A DNA stretch of 63,483 nt, filler included, from Lenisia limosa (taxonomy: Eukaryota; Protista; Breviatea): NCBI GenBank assembly GCA_001655205.1. It is 10 parts of 10 records of this genome, joined end to end, with 100 filler letters (N's around TTAATTAATTAA, not from the genome) between each part and the next. Parts side by side here need not be neighbours in the genome. Positions count along the whole stretch, not along the records: positions 34,692 to 39,360 come from LPNZ01005154.1; positions 39,461 to 52,301 come from LPNZ01009960.1; positions 52,402 to 58,735 come from LPNZ01001420.1; 7 more parts are not named here. The stretch is one strand, 5' to 3'. Both the position numbers and the translations under genes were made by a program. Below are positions 38,947-52,700 of the stretch, piece after piece. The notes under the pieces are model-generated. The model had not been told where the DNA came from. It ran no database searches and worked only from the letters and a program-made list of their open reading frames with translations. Position 1 is the stretch's first letter; every line of letters starts with the position of its first letter.

Positions 38947-39484
38947 GAGAAGGGGTAAATAGTTGTGGGGGGGGGGGTGTGTGCGTAATCTTAACCGACC
39001 CCCAAATCCATGAATTTTATTGAAAAGTCAAAAGCTGTACCCAAAATCCATGGGAAAAGCCTGACACTCCGAGGTTTCATTCTGGTTTAGCGGCCTGCTT
39101 TTAAATGCTCTACATCATAGCTACCACCTTCCCACCTCAATTACAGGGGGTGGTGTGGGCTGAAGTGCTTCGCTTGGAAGCACCTTAGTGAAGTGTCAAA
39201 AATAAGTCATATGATAAGATACAATTACGTACAAAATATCATATCGTATGCAGAAATGAGAAATAAAACAAGGCTGTATCTGGCCGATGTCGTCCACACT
39301 TTCATATTAGAGAGATATTGGATTATAGTCTAAAACACTCCAAACATGACAAATGTGACANNNNNNNNNNNNNNNNNNNNNNNNNNNNNNNNNNNNNNNN
39401 NNNNTTAATTAATTAANNNNNNNNNNNNNNNNNNNNNNNNNNNNNNNNNNNNNNNNNNNNGGGGAAGGAATGATAGGTAAAACA

Positions 39485-41270
39485 GGCCATACTCTGTGTT
39501 CTGTGGGATGTCGTATGTTGGCAATGCCACATTCCCTTTTCCTTGTTCCTTCCTTTCAATCATTCACGGAGGAAGGATTGTAAGAATATAAAGATGTTTT
39601 CCTTCGGGTAATGCCTGAGGTTCACAGGATGTCATATCCTCAATACTACACCGACTATTTGCTTTACCACTTAGGTTACCTGAAGGAACTGCTTGCAGTG
39701 ACCCCACAGCCCCATCATCAGTAGCTTCTAGAGGCTATGTTGATGCTGAGGTGTGAGTTTTATTTTTGGACTTAAAATTAGTTTGTACGGAGGGAAGACC
39801 CTTTGTTTTTGGAATTTTGAGATAAACTCCTTATTTGTCCGCACTATCAGAGTTATGAAACATGGAAACATTTCATCTTAAAACCTACACATAATGATAT
39901 GCCTTGATATAACTTAAATTCATAAACTTACAAGCAGGTGGCAAGTGTTCACGAGAAACTTGACAAGTTGGATAGTATCCTCGATCTTCTCAATAAAACA
40001 CAGGTATGAATTATACAAATCATAATACATCCTCTGTATCAAAAATACGCGAAGGTTGTTTTTTTAAGATTTTTTGTGTTTTATTATGAACATATTTCAC
40101 ACTTGTGTATTTTCTTAAGTTTGGCGCAACAAACCTAATCTTGGGGTTTATTTTCGTTATCGAAATTTCCTTTGTTTGACGCCCCCCCTCCCACCCCCAA
40201 TAGTGTAGCGATNNNNNNNNNNNNNNNNNNNNNNNNNNNNNNNNNNNNNNNNNNNNNNNNNNNNNATGGGATCGGTCATGCCGAATGGTGACTACTGGCT
40301 ATTTATTGATGGAGTGGGTGGCTATGTCTTAGGATTAGGGCTTTCCTGCGGTCGAAAAAGACCGTTAAAATAGCAATATTTATCAAGATTTTCCGAAAGA
40401 TTCGGTCTTTTTTGGGGCCGTAGGGAAGCCCTACTTAGGATATTGGGTATTTAGCTCAATGGTATCTATCACCTTTCTTGAACATTTCGACTCTCAAGTT
40501 GGCTAAGTATGATATGTGGTCACACTCGTGGATATGATACAACATCTTACCGCCTCAAAGTACCGGTATTTATTTTCCCCTATAGATGGGGATGCAAGGG
40601 CACTGTGAGATTGCGGACTCGCGAGTTTGGACTCTTGTCGGCTCAACTTACTTCAAAAAAGGTGGAGCACACGCCGTTGTTGATGTGGGTGTGGAAGCGT
40701 ATTTATTCACCGTTTCACCTGCGCAGTTCTCTTATCTACTGCCAACGTTCAGCAATGCTCCTCTTGGCACTGCCTCTCTGGAAGCTCCTGAAAGTGACAA
40801 CAGAGTTGCCAGTATGGGGCTTTAAGTCTTACTCCGGATGTAGAATCCATTACAGAGCAATTGGAAATGTTGTACTGTTATTTAAATCGTTTATTCTAGT
40901 TTGTAAAACGATCATGTTTTCGCATTTAATAGTGTAGAACCCGAATTGGTAAAGAAGTTAAGTCCAACAGAAATCCGGTTTTATTGCGAAGTGAGAGGAG
41001 CGCTGTTCAGTATAGGGAAATGAAGATAAGATATTGGATATTATTATATGTACGATATAATTCCTCCTATCATTTGCCTTGCAATTCTGCGCACACAGCT
41101 ATATGCGTGCCTACCCAGAATACCTACATTACTCCCCATTTCTTACCTTCAGAGTGCCAGTGGAACAGTGATCAACTTCCGTACCAAAGTGGGCATTTCC
41201 TATGCTGTTACAGGAGCAGGCAGTTTTGATGGAATTGAAGTGAGAGGTGTTTGAGTCTTCCCCAATGGCA
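39485..41270 (+). CDS. Unidentified spliced gene with a DPxxPxxVASRGYVD motif, a short coiled coil and a beta-rich C-terminal part
   Basis: Exons ..LPEGTACSDPTAPSSVASRGYVDAE|VASVHEKLDKLDSILDLLNKTQ, MGMQGHCEIADSRVWTLVG.., and SASGTVINFRTKVGISYAVTGAGSFDGIEVRGV-TGA. Joins are partly inferred. Confidence 0.45.
40336..40433. mobile_element. hAT-like MITE, subfamily A-prime
   Basis: TAGGGCTTTCCTGCGG...CCGTAGGGAAGCCCTA with perfect TSD CTTAGGAT at 40328-40335 and 40434-40441. Confidence 0.9.
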
Positions 41271-42179
41271 AGCTTCTCGTACCCTCAAGTACTATCGATA
41301 TTTCCAAGGTCTTTTTCATCATTTTGGGATCCCCAGTTCCCAAAAAATAAAAACTTATTATATATTTTCAATTTCATTATGATATAGGTATACCATATTT
41401 TTTTTCACATACAAATGAAAGTGTCATTGAGATTCCAACTTATTTCAATATTAACAGTATTAGGACAAATAATATAGTATGCTCCAAGGAAGCAGTGCTT
41501 TTTTATAGTCTAGAGTTCATACACTGCGATGGACGGACACAGCACACCCAGCACCAACTTACCAGAAATTGCGACTAGTTACTATACAAACAAGGCTGAC
41601 AGAGCTATTTGCAAGTATGCGGTCTCTTGTTATTGCGTATAACTTTTCCCTTGTCTTCATGAATGGCATCATTGATGCTTTGGATCCCATTTCATCAAAA
41701 GTCGCGTTTCTTCCAGCGTGTTTTCATACCAACTGACCACTTTAGTTACCCTTTCTACTCAAGTAAGCACTTCTCATTTTGCTACAGCGTTTCCGGAAAC
41801 AGTGTGTGCTGCGGCTCGTGTGATGTTGATGCCAAGTTCATGGTAGAGGGGGGGAATGCAGTAACGCTTTTGTTTTTTTGTATTTCTATACTCACTTTGA
41901 TAAACATATGATGGACAAATGACAACACTTGGCTTTTATTTGACGATATAGGTTTTCGTGAAGTAGTTTCTTCATCTTGTTATTAGATACTCGACTATTG
42001 AATTATTATTATTAATATTTAAATACATATCATCTGATGAAATGCTCCTCTTTCCAGATCAATTTCCAAATAAAATCATTGTGTTGTGATTAAAAGGGTG
42101 ATGATAATCATCCACAACGCAGAATATGTGGAGGTTGAAACATGAACGTTTATCTATCAATCATATCACCATAAAGACA

Positions 42180-45100
42180 TCAGGGCTTGTAAGCAGCAGG
42201 GGGGAGCTTTCCGGTCCGTTTTGTCAGTACTTCACAGCCGTTTTCGGTGATTAGCAGGGTGTGCTCAAATTGAGCAGACCATTTACCTAAAATATGTGAC
42301 TACATTCTCATCCATTTCTTTATCAAATGACCTTTTGTTATGGAGAAAGTGGACATATAGAGCGGCGGGTACAGAAGAGGGAATATTTTCAGGGTTTAAC
42401 CACAATCTTCATCATCCCAATACACCCCCCACCATCAGCAGTAACAGCAGTCCAGTCATCAGGCCATATATCGTCTGCGGCCTTACCTGCGATATAAGCA
42501 TCCATGTTGAGCAGTGTGAAATAAGTTCTACATGTAAACACTACAATGAATACGGGGATTAAAACGAAAAAGACGTCCATTTTTCAGTAATGTGTTTAAC
42601 CAGAGAAATAGTTGAACCACAAAGTACGGTTGATATTTACTTGAATGTAACACAATCCACTTACCAAGGTTAAGCATGGGTTCAATGGTGAAGATATGAC
42701 CAGGCTTCATGACGCCAATAGTGCGGTTGTCTGGGGGGTCAGTTGGAGGTTTTCAAGACATATTGTGGCATCTTTATTTTAGCATTAAAAAGGGTACTTA
42801 AGGGTTCATTGCTCAGTATCAGTATTCTGGTGGTGTGACTCTGGTGGTACGATATAATTCATATCTCTGGTTTTATTCATTGTTTTGTGTTAAACATCAT
42901 ACGGCAGAATAGCAAAAGCTATTGTTCAGAACAACTTAGAGCGGGTAAACACATACAGAGAGAACGGTCCATGAAAACCCTCTTTACTTGCATAGTGGGG
43001 GACATCTGGAACACAATGGAACAACTCTAAAGAGTGATCAGGGATCTCGAAAATGCATTTTGTCTTTCCTTTGAAACTTGTAAATACCCCCCCCCCCCCC
43101 NNNNNNNNNNNNNNNNNNNNNNNNNNNNNNNNNNNNNNNNNNNNNNNNNNNNNNNNNNNNNNNNNNNNNNNNNNNNNNNNNNNNNNNNNNNNNNNNNNNN
43201 NNNGGAGTAAACAGACCAAGCAGGGTTCCAATCCAGATTTATTACATGATCACCAGCCCCAAATCTAAGCGTTTCGTCAGAGAAAAGCCATACTACCAAA
43301 TCAGGAGAAGGTTTTCTCATTCAGCTATTTGGTAAATAGGCGATACAATGGAAAGCAATATAGCGTACAAATAGTAGCATGATATGTTATTAGGGGAGCA
43401 CAAGTGAAAAATGACCCCGCCAGTAGACCAGGATCATCTCTAGCCCCATACTTATTAGCGTGTTTGTTGATGACGGTACCAATGTCGCGATAGCGCGCAT
43501 TGGGCTTACAGAAAGCAATGGCTTTGTCCAGGGCTTCGTAGGTGGTCTGGATGGGGGTAAACGAAGGAAACTGTATTGATGAAGGATGGAGTAAAAGTAC
43601 TAACAACTCAACAGCTTTTGTAACAATAGTGAGAAATACGTTATGTAGGTATTATGGTATCATATGATGTACTATGCATGTAATATATAAATGAACCAGA
43701 AAGCTCCAAGCAGAATAGTAATCCTCATAGTAGAGTGAGTTATACCCATATGATCATCAAGTAATGTTGATAGTTCTACAAGTAACCCACTTTGACAAGG
43801 TGACGGGCTTCCTCAGAAACATTACCAACAAAGTACGTTTCATTGCAGTCGCCTGGGAGGTGAGTGCTGAGGGATATATTGGATATGTAATGATATCGTT
43901 ATATAGAATGTAATATATATTCGATACTGGGTTTGGTGAAGCCATGCTGCTTGTGTTACTCAAATTTATTATGATTCCCTCATATAAAGTAGATATTATT
44001 ACCTCATACCATGGTAGCCTCCAGCACTGTAGACGGTTACGTCGATGTTCACAATATCGCCATCTCTAGACACAATGAGGATTGAATAGTTTCATCTCAC
44101 GATAGGTTCATTGAAACTTTTTCCATTTACCAAAACATGATGAAAACAAGTTTATTTGGGAAAAAGTACCCATGTCATATTCCCGGGATGAACACTACTC
44201 AATGAACAGCACATGAACCAAAAACAATGAAACCCTGAGCCTGTTGCCCACTCCAAGGGCCTCATGTCGGGAATACCGTGACAGATCACTTCATTGATAC
44301 TGGTGCACACTGACTTCGGGAATTTGTAGTAGTTCAATGGGGATGGATAGCAGTCTATATGCGTGACTACAATGATACTGCATTGTAATTAGCGATTTCA
44401 AAGCATCAATCGACAAAACAACAGAAATACCGCACAACACACACTCCACTGCATTTCTTAAAATAGGCTACTCCTCATACCAGAAAGTTGCCTCCCACAG
44501 GTGTTAATTCACCCCACCCACTATATTTCAAGGATTCCGCGTGTACGGCGGCGTCAATTTCCTCTGTCGTTACGCCCACTGCAACCATGCGGCCGGCCAT
44601 ATCAAGCACGTGCCGGGCTATCTGATGGATTAGAAAATGTTCTTTCCCTATCATTGTATTGAAGTTTATATCAAAAGAGTCAACTTTCATATTATTATTC
44701 CCTTCCTCCAATGATATGAACAGTGTTCAATTTCCCCAAATGTTTCCTATTTATCTGAAATTTTACCCAAAAGCGACAAAATAAAGTAGAATTTTACCTA
44801 ATGATAACCTGGAATCCCATAAACACTCGTCTATAATAGACCAAAGAAAATATGGACATGTATTGAGTTATGATGAAGAGTGCAGACAAGACTCATAGGT
44901 GTTTCAACAAGTCTCTGCCCCCAACATACTAAGTATTCTTTTATGGATTTGACTCCAATCCAAAATAGTAATACCCCCCGCGCGCACCTTACAGACACTA
45001 CGCATGCCCTTGATTTGCTCAGCAGTGTTGACTGGGATTTCGCGAGAGTGCTGTTTCTCTCCAAGAGGAATTGCTGAGAAGTGAATATGGGGCAATACAA

Positions 45101-46029
45101 ATGTGATATGTAGCACATTTGGAAAAACAAAACAAAAAAAGATTTAGGATGCAAATGCTTGATGAAGCCATAAAAGATCTGTATTGTGAGAAATAAAGAT
45201 GCAGATGATGGAATATTGAAAAATTAAGCTTTTTCTTGCTAAATGCTCAGCATGTTTCTATCAATAACAAAATTCATTTTTGTTTCTCGGAGAATATCAT
45301 GTGAGGCCAAATACGCCAGACCACCCACAAGTTTCTGCATAGTCAGGGTGATTGATGTTGGCGGGGACCTCCCGGCGTGGTGTGACCTAGAATATAATGA
45401 ATGTGCTATGGAATATACAATACGGTTTTCTGGTCCCAACAAGACCTAACTTCTCTGTGAGTCCTTGATAGTGATATACATCAGAATTAACAACTTTTTA
45501 CCTTTCATTAATAATATTTCACATCAATATTTGTAAGGTAATAATATTGAAAAAAAAGGCTGGGGAAACTAACAAAAAGACCTCTCCCCCCTTACGGCAG
45601 CAGGTCTGAGCTTGCCGGTGTATTTGAAGTTCCTCATATTCTCGGGGATACCACTCACGTCCTCCTCCTCCTCAACCTTAGCGGGTTCTTCGGTCTTTGC
45701 ATCTCCTGAAGCTAAACGAGTCAGCTTTCTTCTCCCCAGAAGCAAAAGTACAGATTATACAATATATCATAATAATAGCTTCTGTACCAGTATCTTAAAT
45801 GAAAATCACGAGCTTGATATCTACTCTACGAAATCGAATTTTTTTTTTTTTTTTTTTTTNNNNNNNNNNNNNNNNNNNNNNNNNNNNNNNNNNNNNNNNN
45901 NNNNNNNNNNNNNNNNNNNNNNNNNNNNNACCCACTATGAACAGCCTTATGTTTCTTCCACCCCTTTGAAAAGCAAGGTTGTGAGCAGAACACGCTGTCG
46001 GGAAGGCCCAGCTTGTGGCATGTTGGGCA
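42180..46029 (-). CDS. METAP1: Methionine aminopeptidase 1; first exon and one internal exon probably lie in gaps
   Basis: [27 protein letters not shown] zinc finger, [99 protein letters not shown] stop at 42180. Confidence 0.95.
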
Positions 46030-46600
46030 CTAAATGGTCGGGAATATGGCAATGAGAAGGCATCAACATCAACAACAAAAACAAGAAGAAGAATACTATA
46101 CGTTGACAATATTATGCACCCCCCCCCCCAACTCTCATGGACCCCGGCTNNNNNNNNNNNNNNNNNNNNNNNNNNNNNNNNNNNNNNNNNNNNNNNNNNN
46201 NNNNNNNNNNNNNNNNNNNNNNNNNNNNNNNNNNNNNNNNNNNNNNNNNNNNNNNNNNNNNNNNNNNNNNNNNNNNNNNNNNNNNNNNNNNNNNNNNNNN
46301 NNNNNNNNTAAAGTTGATATATGCTAAAAGGGGGTTAAGAAGCTAATGAGAATTCCAACCACAGTTTGCACGAGGCCAACCTGATCAGAAGATAGAAAAA
46401 TGAAGATTAGTACAAACTACTAAATAACTGAGAATGAGCAAATAAAATGCCTGTTTTCACGTTATGCAGAAAGAAACGAGCCGTGCAAGAAAGCGCAACA
46501 AAGCAACAATAACAAAACTGTGGATAGTTCCAGTCCCAGTATCTGCAGCTAAAAAAGTGAAAAAATACAAAATAATTAAACGAGAAAAAGAGCAAATAAA

Positions 46601-49158
46601 ATGAGTGCAGGCACAGATGTAGTATCATGCATGAGCTGTAGCTCGAACAAAAGGGTTGCACCAAATATTCGAATTCTCGTCTCTATTTGTGGCCACTTCT
46701 TGTACGTTCCTGTCTCCAATACGCATATATTAACATTAACACAGCTGTTCGAAGTGCGTGAACCAGTTTTTTGCCGTTCGCTCGAGCATCGAATGCCCCA
46801 AGTGTAGACAACAGGGACTTCGCCAGGCCGAGTTTGCAGATCAGGTACGTCTACCATATTGAAGAATTATAATGGGAAATAGCTTTTTTGGCAGTTTGTG
46901 ATATCTTCTCCCGATCACTTCTCTGACAGTCTTGCAAAAGGCCTGGTTGTTACTTATTCTCTAGGCGTTTGAAGATCCGAAGACTTCAGCTGAAACAACT
47001 CATCGCAAAAGGGTGCTCAAAGTGTATGGAGGGGATAGATGAATTCAACAGGTTCTCAAGGGAGGGAATTCCATTAAACGAGTATAAAGCGATAAATTAA
47101 CCAAAGGCTCGTGGACGCTGCTGTTTTATTCTTAGAAGACTAAAAAATTTCCATTGAAATTGATCTGCACACCTCCCCAATCTTGAATATGTTCTTCTAA
47201 TTGTGTGTTACATTCCCTTATTAATTTTTGTGTTCCTTCAAATGCGCTGGCATTACTACAGAACAATCTGATGATTTTTTTTACTGTAGCTTCCCGGTGT
47301 AGTTCAACAGCAATAATAACGTCATTCTTCTCGCAGGTTCAATAGGCGATTGCGGGACTTCAATGATCTGAGTGAATACAACGACTACCTCGAACAGGTC
47401 GAGAGTATAGGTATTCTTGTGGGTGCTTCTTATTGGTTTATAAGATATGGAGCGTCGAAATGGTCACTGTCTGCATAATCAATGTGATGATATGTTTTGA
47501 TATGATAGTGTGCATAGTCTGTGTCTACTACCACTCTTCTTTCACCATTTAGGCATATTTTTTTATTTTTTATTTGGACTGGTGTTAGTTTGCAAACAAG
47601 GAGCAATTTACATTACGGCTCTCTTTCAATAAATCTGGTCACTTATCTGCCATTTGCACTTATTTCGCAGTATATCGACTTACTGAGGGCATTGACGTTG
47701 AGGCAGCGCAGAACGAAATTGAAAAGGAACGAGCGGAGTTCCAAGCGCTCATTATTGTAAACCACGCAAAGCAAGTGCGTGGATATTTTCTTCATTGGTA
47801 TAATCCAGTAAATGGATGAGCTAACCTGTGCAATAGTTCTTAGTCACTTTGTTCTTATGTATTCTTAGTGCCTTATTGGTAGCATTATTAGACCCTTCGT
47901 TAAGGTTCTCTGACACATACAGGCTGAGGAAGACCGACAGATTTTAGCCCTCATTGAAGCTGAGCACAAGGATGGTAAGGGGAGGGGGGGCTCATTGGGT
48001 AGAGGGGGGTATGTGTTTTTTTTTTAAGAAAACAGCGATATTTCGATTATGTTACTTCTGTAAGTGAAACTCTAAGCGTGGGGGGGGGGGGTNNNNNNNN
48101 NNTCCGAACCCTATGGATTGAGGGTATTAAGGTATTCCTCGTTTTGACCATTTGTAGCTGAAGAGCGGAAAATCAAGAGGCGTGAAGAAGATAAGCGAAT
48201 ACACCGAACACTGACAAGGGAGTCACGAATACTGCAGAAGCAATTGGTGGGTATTTTTTATGATATTTTCAAAGGTTTGCCTTTTTTTTTTTTTTTTTTT
48301 TTTTNNNNNNNNNNNNNNNNNNNNNNNNNNNNNNNNNNNNNNNNNNNNNNNNNNNNNNNNNNNNNNNNNNNNNNNNNNNNNNNNNATTTCTAGCATTTTC
48401 TTCACAAACTCGTGTCAGTATATGTAAAGGTATTTAAATTTGCAGCACGCATAATCACCCTCCGCATTAGCCTTATAATTACCCCCGCCAGCTCAATGGA
48501 GAAATCACAGAGGAAGAAGCAGCCAGTAAACTCTCAGAACTGAAAGAAGAGCTCAGTAATAAGAAGTAGGGGGGGGGGTGTCTAAAATCCAATACAAGAT
48601 AAATTTCGGTTAATTATCATTGAAAGTCAATTACGTGTGTTCCCTCCTGTCAGTTGCCTAGCTACAAGATGATTGAATTCACCCCTCAGATGGACCCCCG
48701 AACCTCCACCAGTTATGGATATTACGACTTATATTCCCGAGGTTGGCATCTCCTGGCACATGGGAGGAGGGGGGGGGGCATACATATGTGGTGTTGCACA
48801 NNNNNNNNNNNNNNNNNNNNNNNNNNNNNNNNNNNNNNNNNNNNNNNNNNNNNNNNNNNNNNNNNNNNNNNNNNNNNNNNNNNNNNNNNNNNNNNNNNNN
48901 NNNNNNNNNNNNNNNNNNNNNNNNNNNNNNNNAAAATCTCAATTATTCATAACATTTTGCTTCAAACTCCATTTCATTTCATTTCTCACCCCGAAGGTCC
49001 AATCTGCTCTACCCCGTGCAATTCCAATGGACCCCTTGCCGAAAATCAAGCAGCTGGGCCCGTCGCAGTCAGCAGCAGGGTTTGCAATGCAGCGGCCTCG
49101 TGCAATGTATATACGCTCAGCGCTCACTGGCCTCCGCGTCACACTGCGACCAAGATGA
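46601..49158 (+). CDS. MNAT1: CDK-activating kinase assembly factor MAT1 (RING-HC)
   Basis: CMSC..ICGHFLCSKCVNQ..CPKC RING, FEDP, FNRRLRDFNDLSEYNDYLEQVESIVYRLTEGID, coiled coil, and C-terminal AAGF..SALTGL. One apparent 1-nt deletion near 47003. Confidence 0.9.
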
Positions 49159-49479
49159 CGATGTTAAGATGTTTTTTTTTTATTTGTCTCTGAAGGGGCC
49201 CTGGATGCCTTTGTGTGAGAATGTGTGTTTCTTTCATCACAGATTGTTCTGAGTTTATTAATTTCTTAAAGCCTTACCTGACCAACCCGTTGCACAGTTT
49301 TCATATGATTATAATATTAATAAAAAGTTGATATCAGATAGTGTACATTACCAGAAACATTTATAGCATTAGTCAAAGCATAGCCTAAAAGTATTATAAA
49401 AGTTATCAAGAATTTAGTGTTAGACGGCAACTCGGCCCTCATAAAAACAACAATCACTAATCTCACCCCCCACCTTGAC

Positions 49480-52400
49480 ATTTCATCCTCACTGTCCTCG
49501 TCAGTGGAGTCGCCAGGCCTATAAGTGGCATAGGCCTGACCGGACCTGAAATGTCAACATAAATGCCAAGTCACTACAGGAGAAAATGGGAAATGAGAAT
49601 GAAAACTGTAACTCACCAGTAAACATTACCATGTAAAAACATAAAACATCAACCGAACATTGGGCAAAAAATGAACGTTCCGACATAAAACCCCACTTTT
49701 TCTTGCCTTGTCCAGCCGGAATACACAAAACAGGGTCAGCAACAAACGTCTTTCCGCCACCAATTGGAGTGGACCTGGGGGGGAGGGGTGAGCGGTCTAT
49801 TTATCAGACCGTTGTATTCACAAAATGCCCCCCCTCCCCGCCGCCGCCCTATATAACACTATCTGTCATAATTAGGGCTTCTTTACGGTCGGAAAAAGAC
49901 CGTGAAAATATCGATATTTATCGAGGATTTATCGAAAAATTCAGTCTTTATTGGTCGTAGGGGAAACCCTGGTCATAAAACCCCTCCATATGTCAGTCAT
50001 TCAGCACCCCCCTGCCCCCGTACCGCGTGACACCGAGAGAAGCAGGCACTTTCTTTTTCCTGATCTGCGGTTTGCCCCCTCCGGCACCTGGGGACCCCCA
50101 TTTCTCGGTCTTGGTAAAGGGATTGAGGTTCTCAGTCGGGTTACTAGCTGGGTTCTCTTGGAGCTGCGACGTCTCACCCCACCCTCCGTAACTCCAGGCA
50201 GATTTGGTGCGTCTTCCGCCTGAATGGCATAGTCAACGGGGGGTATTGAAATAAGGTGACCAAAAGAGATGGTTAAATATTGTCATTTATGAGCGAAGAT
50301 TTTGCTTTCAGATTAATATTCTAAAAATATTCGGCTGTTTACCCCCACTCCCTTCACCTCACACCCAATTGGTTTTTTTTTTATTTTTTAGCGTTCGTAG
50401 CTCATGTTTGATGTTGCTTGTTTTTTGTGAGTTTCAATTCGGTTCGTGATTAGTACCTTTACGCCAATATTCTTCATCGAAATTTCCCCCAACCCGATGC
50501 GGAGCTGCTGACGAGGCGGNNNNNNNNNNNNNNNNNNNNNNNNNNNNNNNNNNNNNNNNNNNNNNNNNNNNNNNNNNNNNNNNNNNNNNNNNNNNNNNNN
50601 NNNNNNNNNNNNNNNNNNNNNNNNNNNNNNNNNNNNNNNNNNNNNNNNNNNNNGCGAAGGAAATTTTGATGAAGAATATTGGTGTAAAGGTACTAGGGTA
50701 AAATTGGAAAATATTTGAAAAAAAAAAAAGCCCAAATCCTGGGGGTAAAGATGTTGAGTTTGATCTTTGGGCGACAATTGACTTGGAATCCAGCATAAAT
50801 GTCATGGAATACGAGAATAATGAGAGCAAGAGAGAAGGGGAGGAACGAAAGCAAGGAACATGGGATCTTGAGGGATATATTCACCCACATTCCTATATAC
50901 AGTGACTGAGATAAGTCTTGAGCAATTTGCTATGTGAATTCCCAAGGAAAATCGGTCAAGACATACCCCAATCACTGTACAGTATACGGTATCCAGCGCC
51001 CACGTTGGATTTAACCTCCGATGTGAGGTTCTTCCAGTCTTTCTTGACCACAGTCACGTGATCGTTTGTAGGTCTGAAGGGTCACGGATGGTGAGAAGAT
51101 AATATTACAGCGACTATCACCCTTGTACGCTGTTTCCCTTGTCTGGATTCAATATATACTGTTTTTTCACAAATTGTACACTCCCCTTGTACACCCGCCG
51201 ACCGAACATCAAAACACATTTCAACCTCGTTGTCGTTGTCGGATACGTCTTCATGTTCATGGCCCTGGACCAGCTCATTTCTCGCAATGTTGTGGCTCAT
51301 CAGCTCTGAAGGATGATGGGGGTGAGGTAATATATTTTGTGCTTGGGATATTGCAGTTTAAAATAATCAAATGTCACTCAAGAAAAGGGGTAAATGAATG
51401 TATCTGATATAATAGTAGTATATCATCTTACCCCCCTCCCCCCCACACCAATTCGCTGGGATTCATCAGCACGACGTACTGCGTCTGCACGGTCCGCCTC
51501 TTTTGAACCACCTGTACTAGTGAAGATGGGGTTGGGTTGCAGGCAATGTGGGATCAGAACCACTATACGATATATGTAGCTAAAAACTAATAGGAGAATT
51601 CATTCAGACTGCTCATCAAACTATTAAAGGGTTTTGTTCCATATAGCTTGAAGACAGAACATCATATTGTTTTTGGTTGCTTTTGTGTGCCCTCTAAAAT
51701 ATGCCGCCCGAAGATAAGCCCTGACCACGACCAGAACAATATCCAAAACACCCACCTCGGTTCTTAGTTACGAGTCCGCCGCTGAACTTATCACTCGCCC
51801 TCACAACGAACAGCTCACGCAGACCTATGACGTTAAGGGGGGGAGATTGAAGGTGAACAATAAGAACTAAATAAGTCTATACCTCCCCACCGATAAGGGC
51901 ATCCTTCACCTTGCGACCTCCAACAGATTTCGGGTTGAAACTCTCGTTAAAGAGCTCGCGGTAGAATTCTCCAAACTGCGAAAGGCCAATACCCTCCTAG
52001 AAGGTGAGGCTCCAAAAAAGGCCAATACTGATATTGCCTAATCTGGTACACCGCAACTCGTTACATTTCAAAAACCACTTCAGCCCAACCCACCTCAGGA
52101 ATGTAGTCGGCAAGGGTCTTGAGTCTCTCCTGCTCTTCCATGAAGCCGCATTTTGACACTGGGTACGCGTTCTACGTTGTCAGCTCAGTGTTATACAGTC
52201 ACATGATGATATATATTCTACTCAAACGAAGTCGCAGGGTGATATCAACCCAAAAGACATGTGTTTTAATACGAACCCCTTTCTCTCTCTCTCTCTCTCT
52301 CNNNNNNNNNNNNNNNNNNNNNNNNNNNNNNNNNNNNNNNNNNNNTTAATTAATTAANNNNNNNNNNNNNNNNNNNNNNNNNNNNNNNNNNNNNNNNNNN

Positions 52401-52700
52401 NACGGCTTCGGCCAGATACAACTTTTTTATTTCTCATTGCTATATGTGTGGGGGATATATTCTTAGAACGCCAAAAGGGATTGGTCATTTCCTTTAAATG
52501 TTGAAACTCATAAGCTAGTTCAACACAGTGATCTTATTTTGACTGAATTTTCAGCAGGAAAAGACCATGACAGTTCACTTTGACACGTTTAGCTGCCCTT
52601 TAGTGGGATGGGGCGTACCGCTTCGAATGAATCATCGTCACGCCAATTGTCCGCGGCTGAAATGAGACTAAAACGCATGGCAGCTCTTGGAGGAGGTTGA
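49480..52700 (-). CDS. Spliced gene with a LOTUS/OST-HTH-like domain (about 51750-52190) and a low-complexity C-terminus
   Basis: ERLKTLADYIPE|EGIGLSQFGEFYRELFNESFNPKSVGGRKVKDALIG|LRELFVVR fits the OST-HTH pattern (gi.ls.f...y...f...l....g...l.dll). Outer boundaries are uncertain; the linker at 52346 lies inside the span. Confidence 0.5.
49873..49971. mobile_element. hAT-like MITE, subfamily A-prime
   Basis: TAGGGCTTCTTTACGG...TCGTAGGGGAAACCCTG with TSD GTCATAAT/GTCATAAA (7/8). Confidence 0.85.
50900..50977. mobile_element. Tc1/mariner-like MITE, family C, 78 bp
   Basis: TA-CAGTGACTGAGATAAGTCTTGA...TCAAGACATACCCCAATCACTG-TA: CAGTG-type TIRs flanked by TA. Confidence 0.8.

Noticed and set aside
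43230-43300. Missing METAP1 exon requiring a non-canonical splice (YGFSLTKR)
   Set aside because: It lacks the conserved YCGHG motif. The true exon is probably in the gap at 43101-43203.
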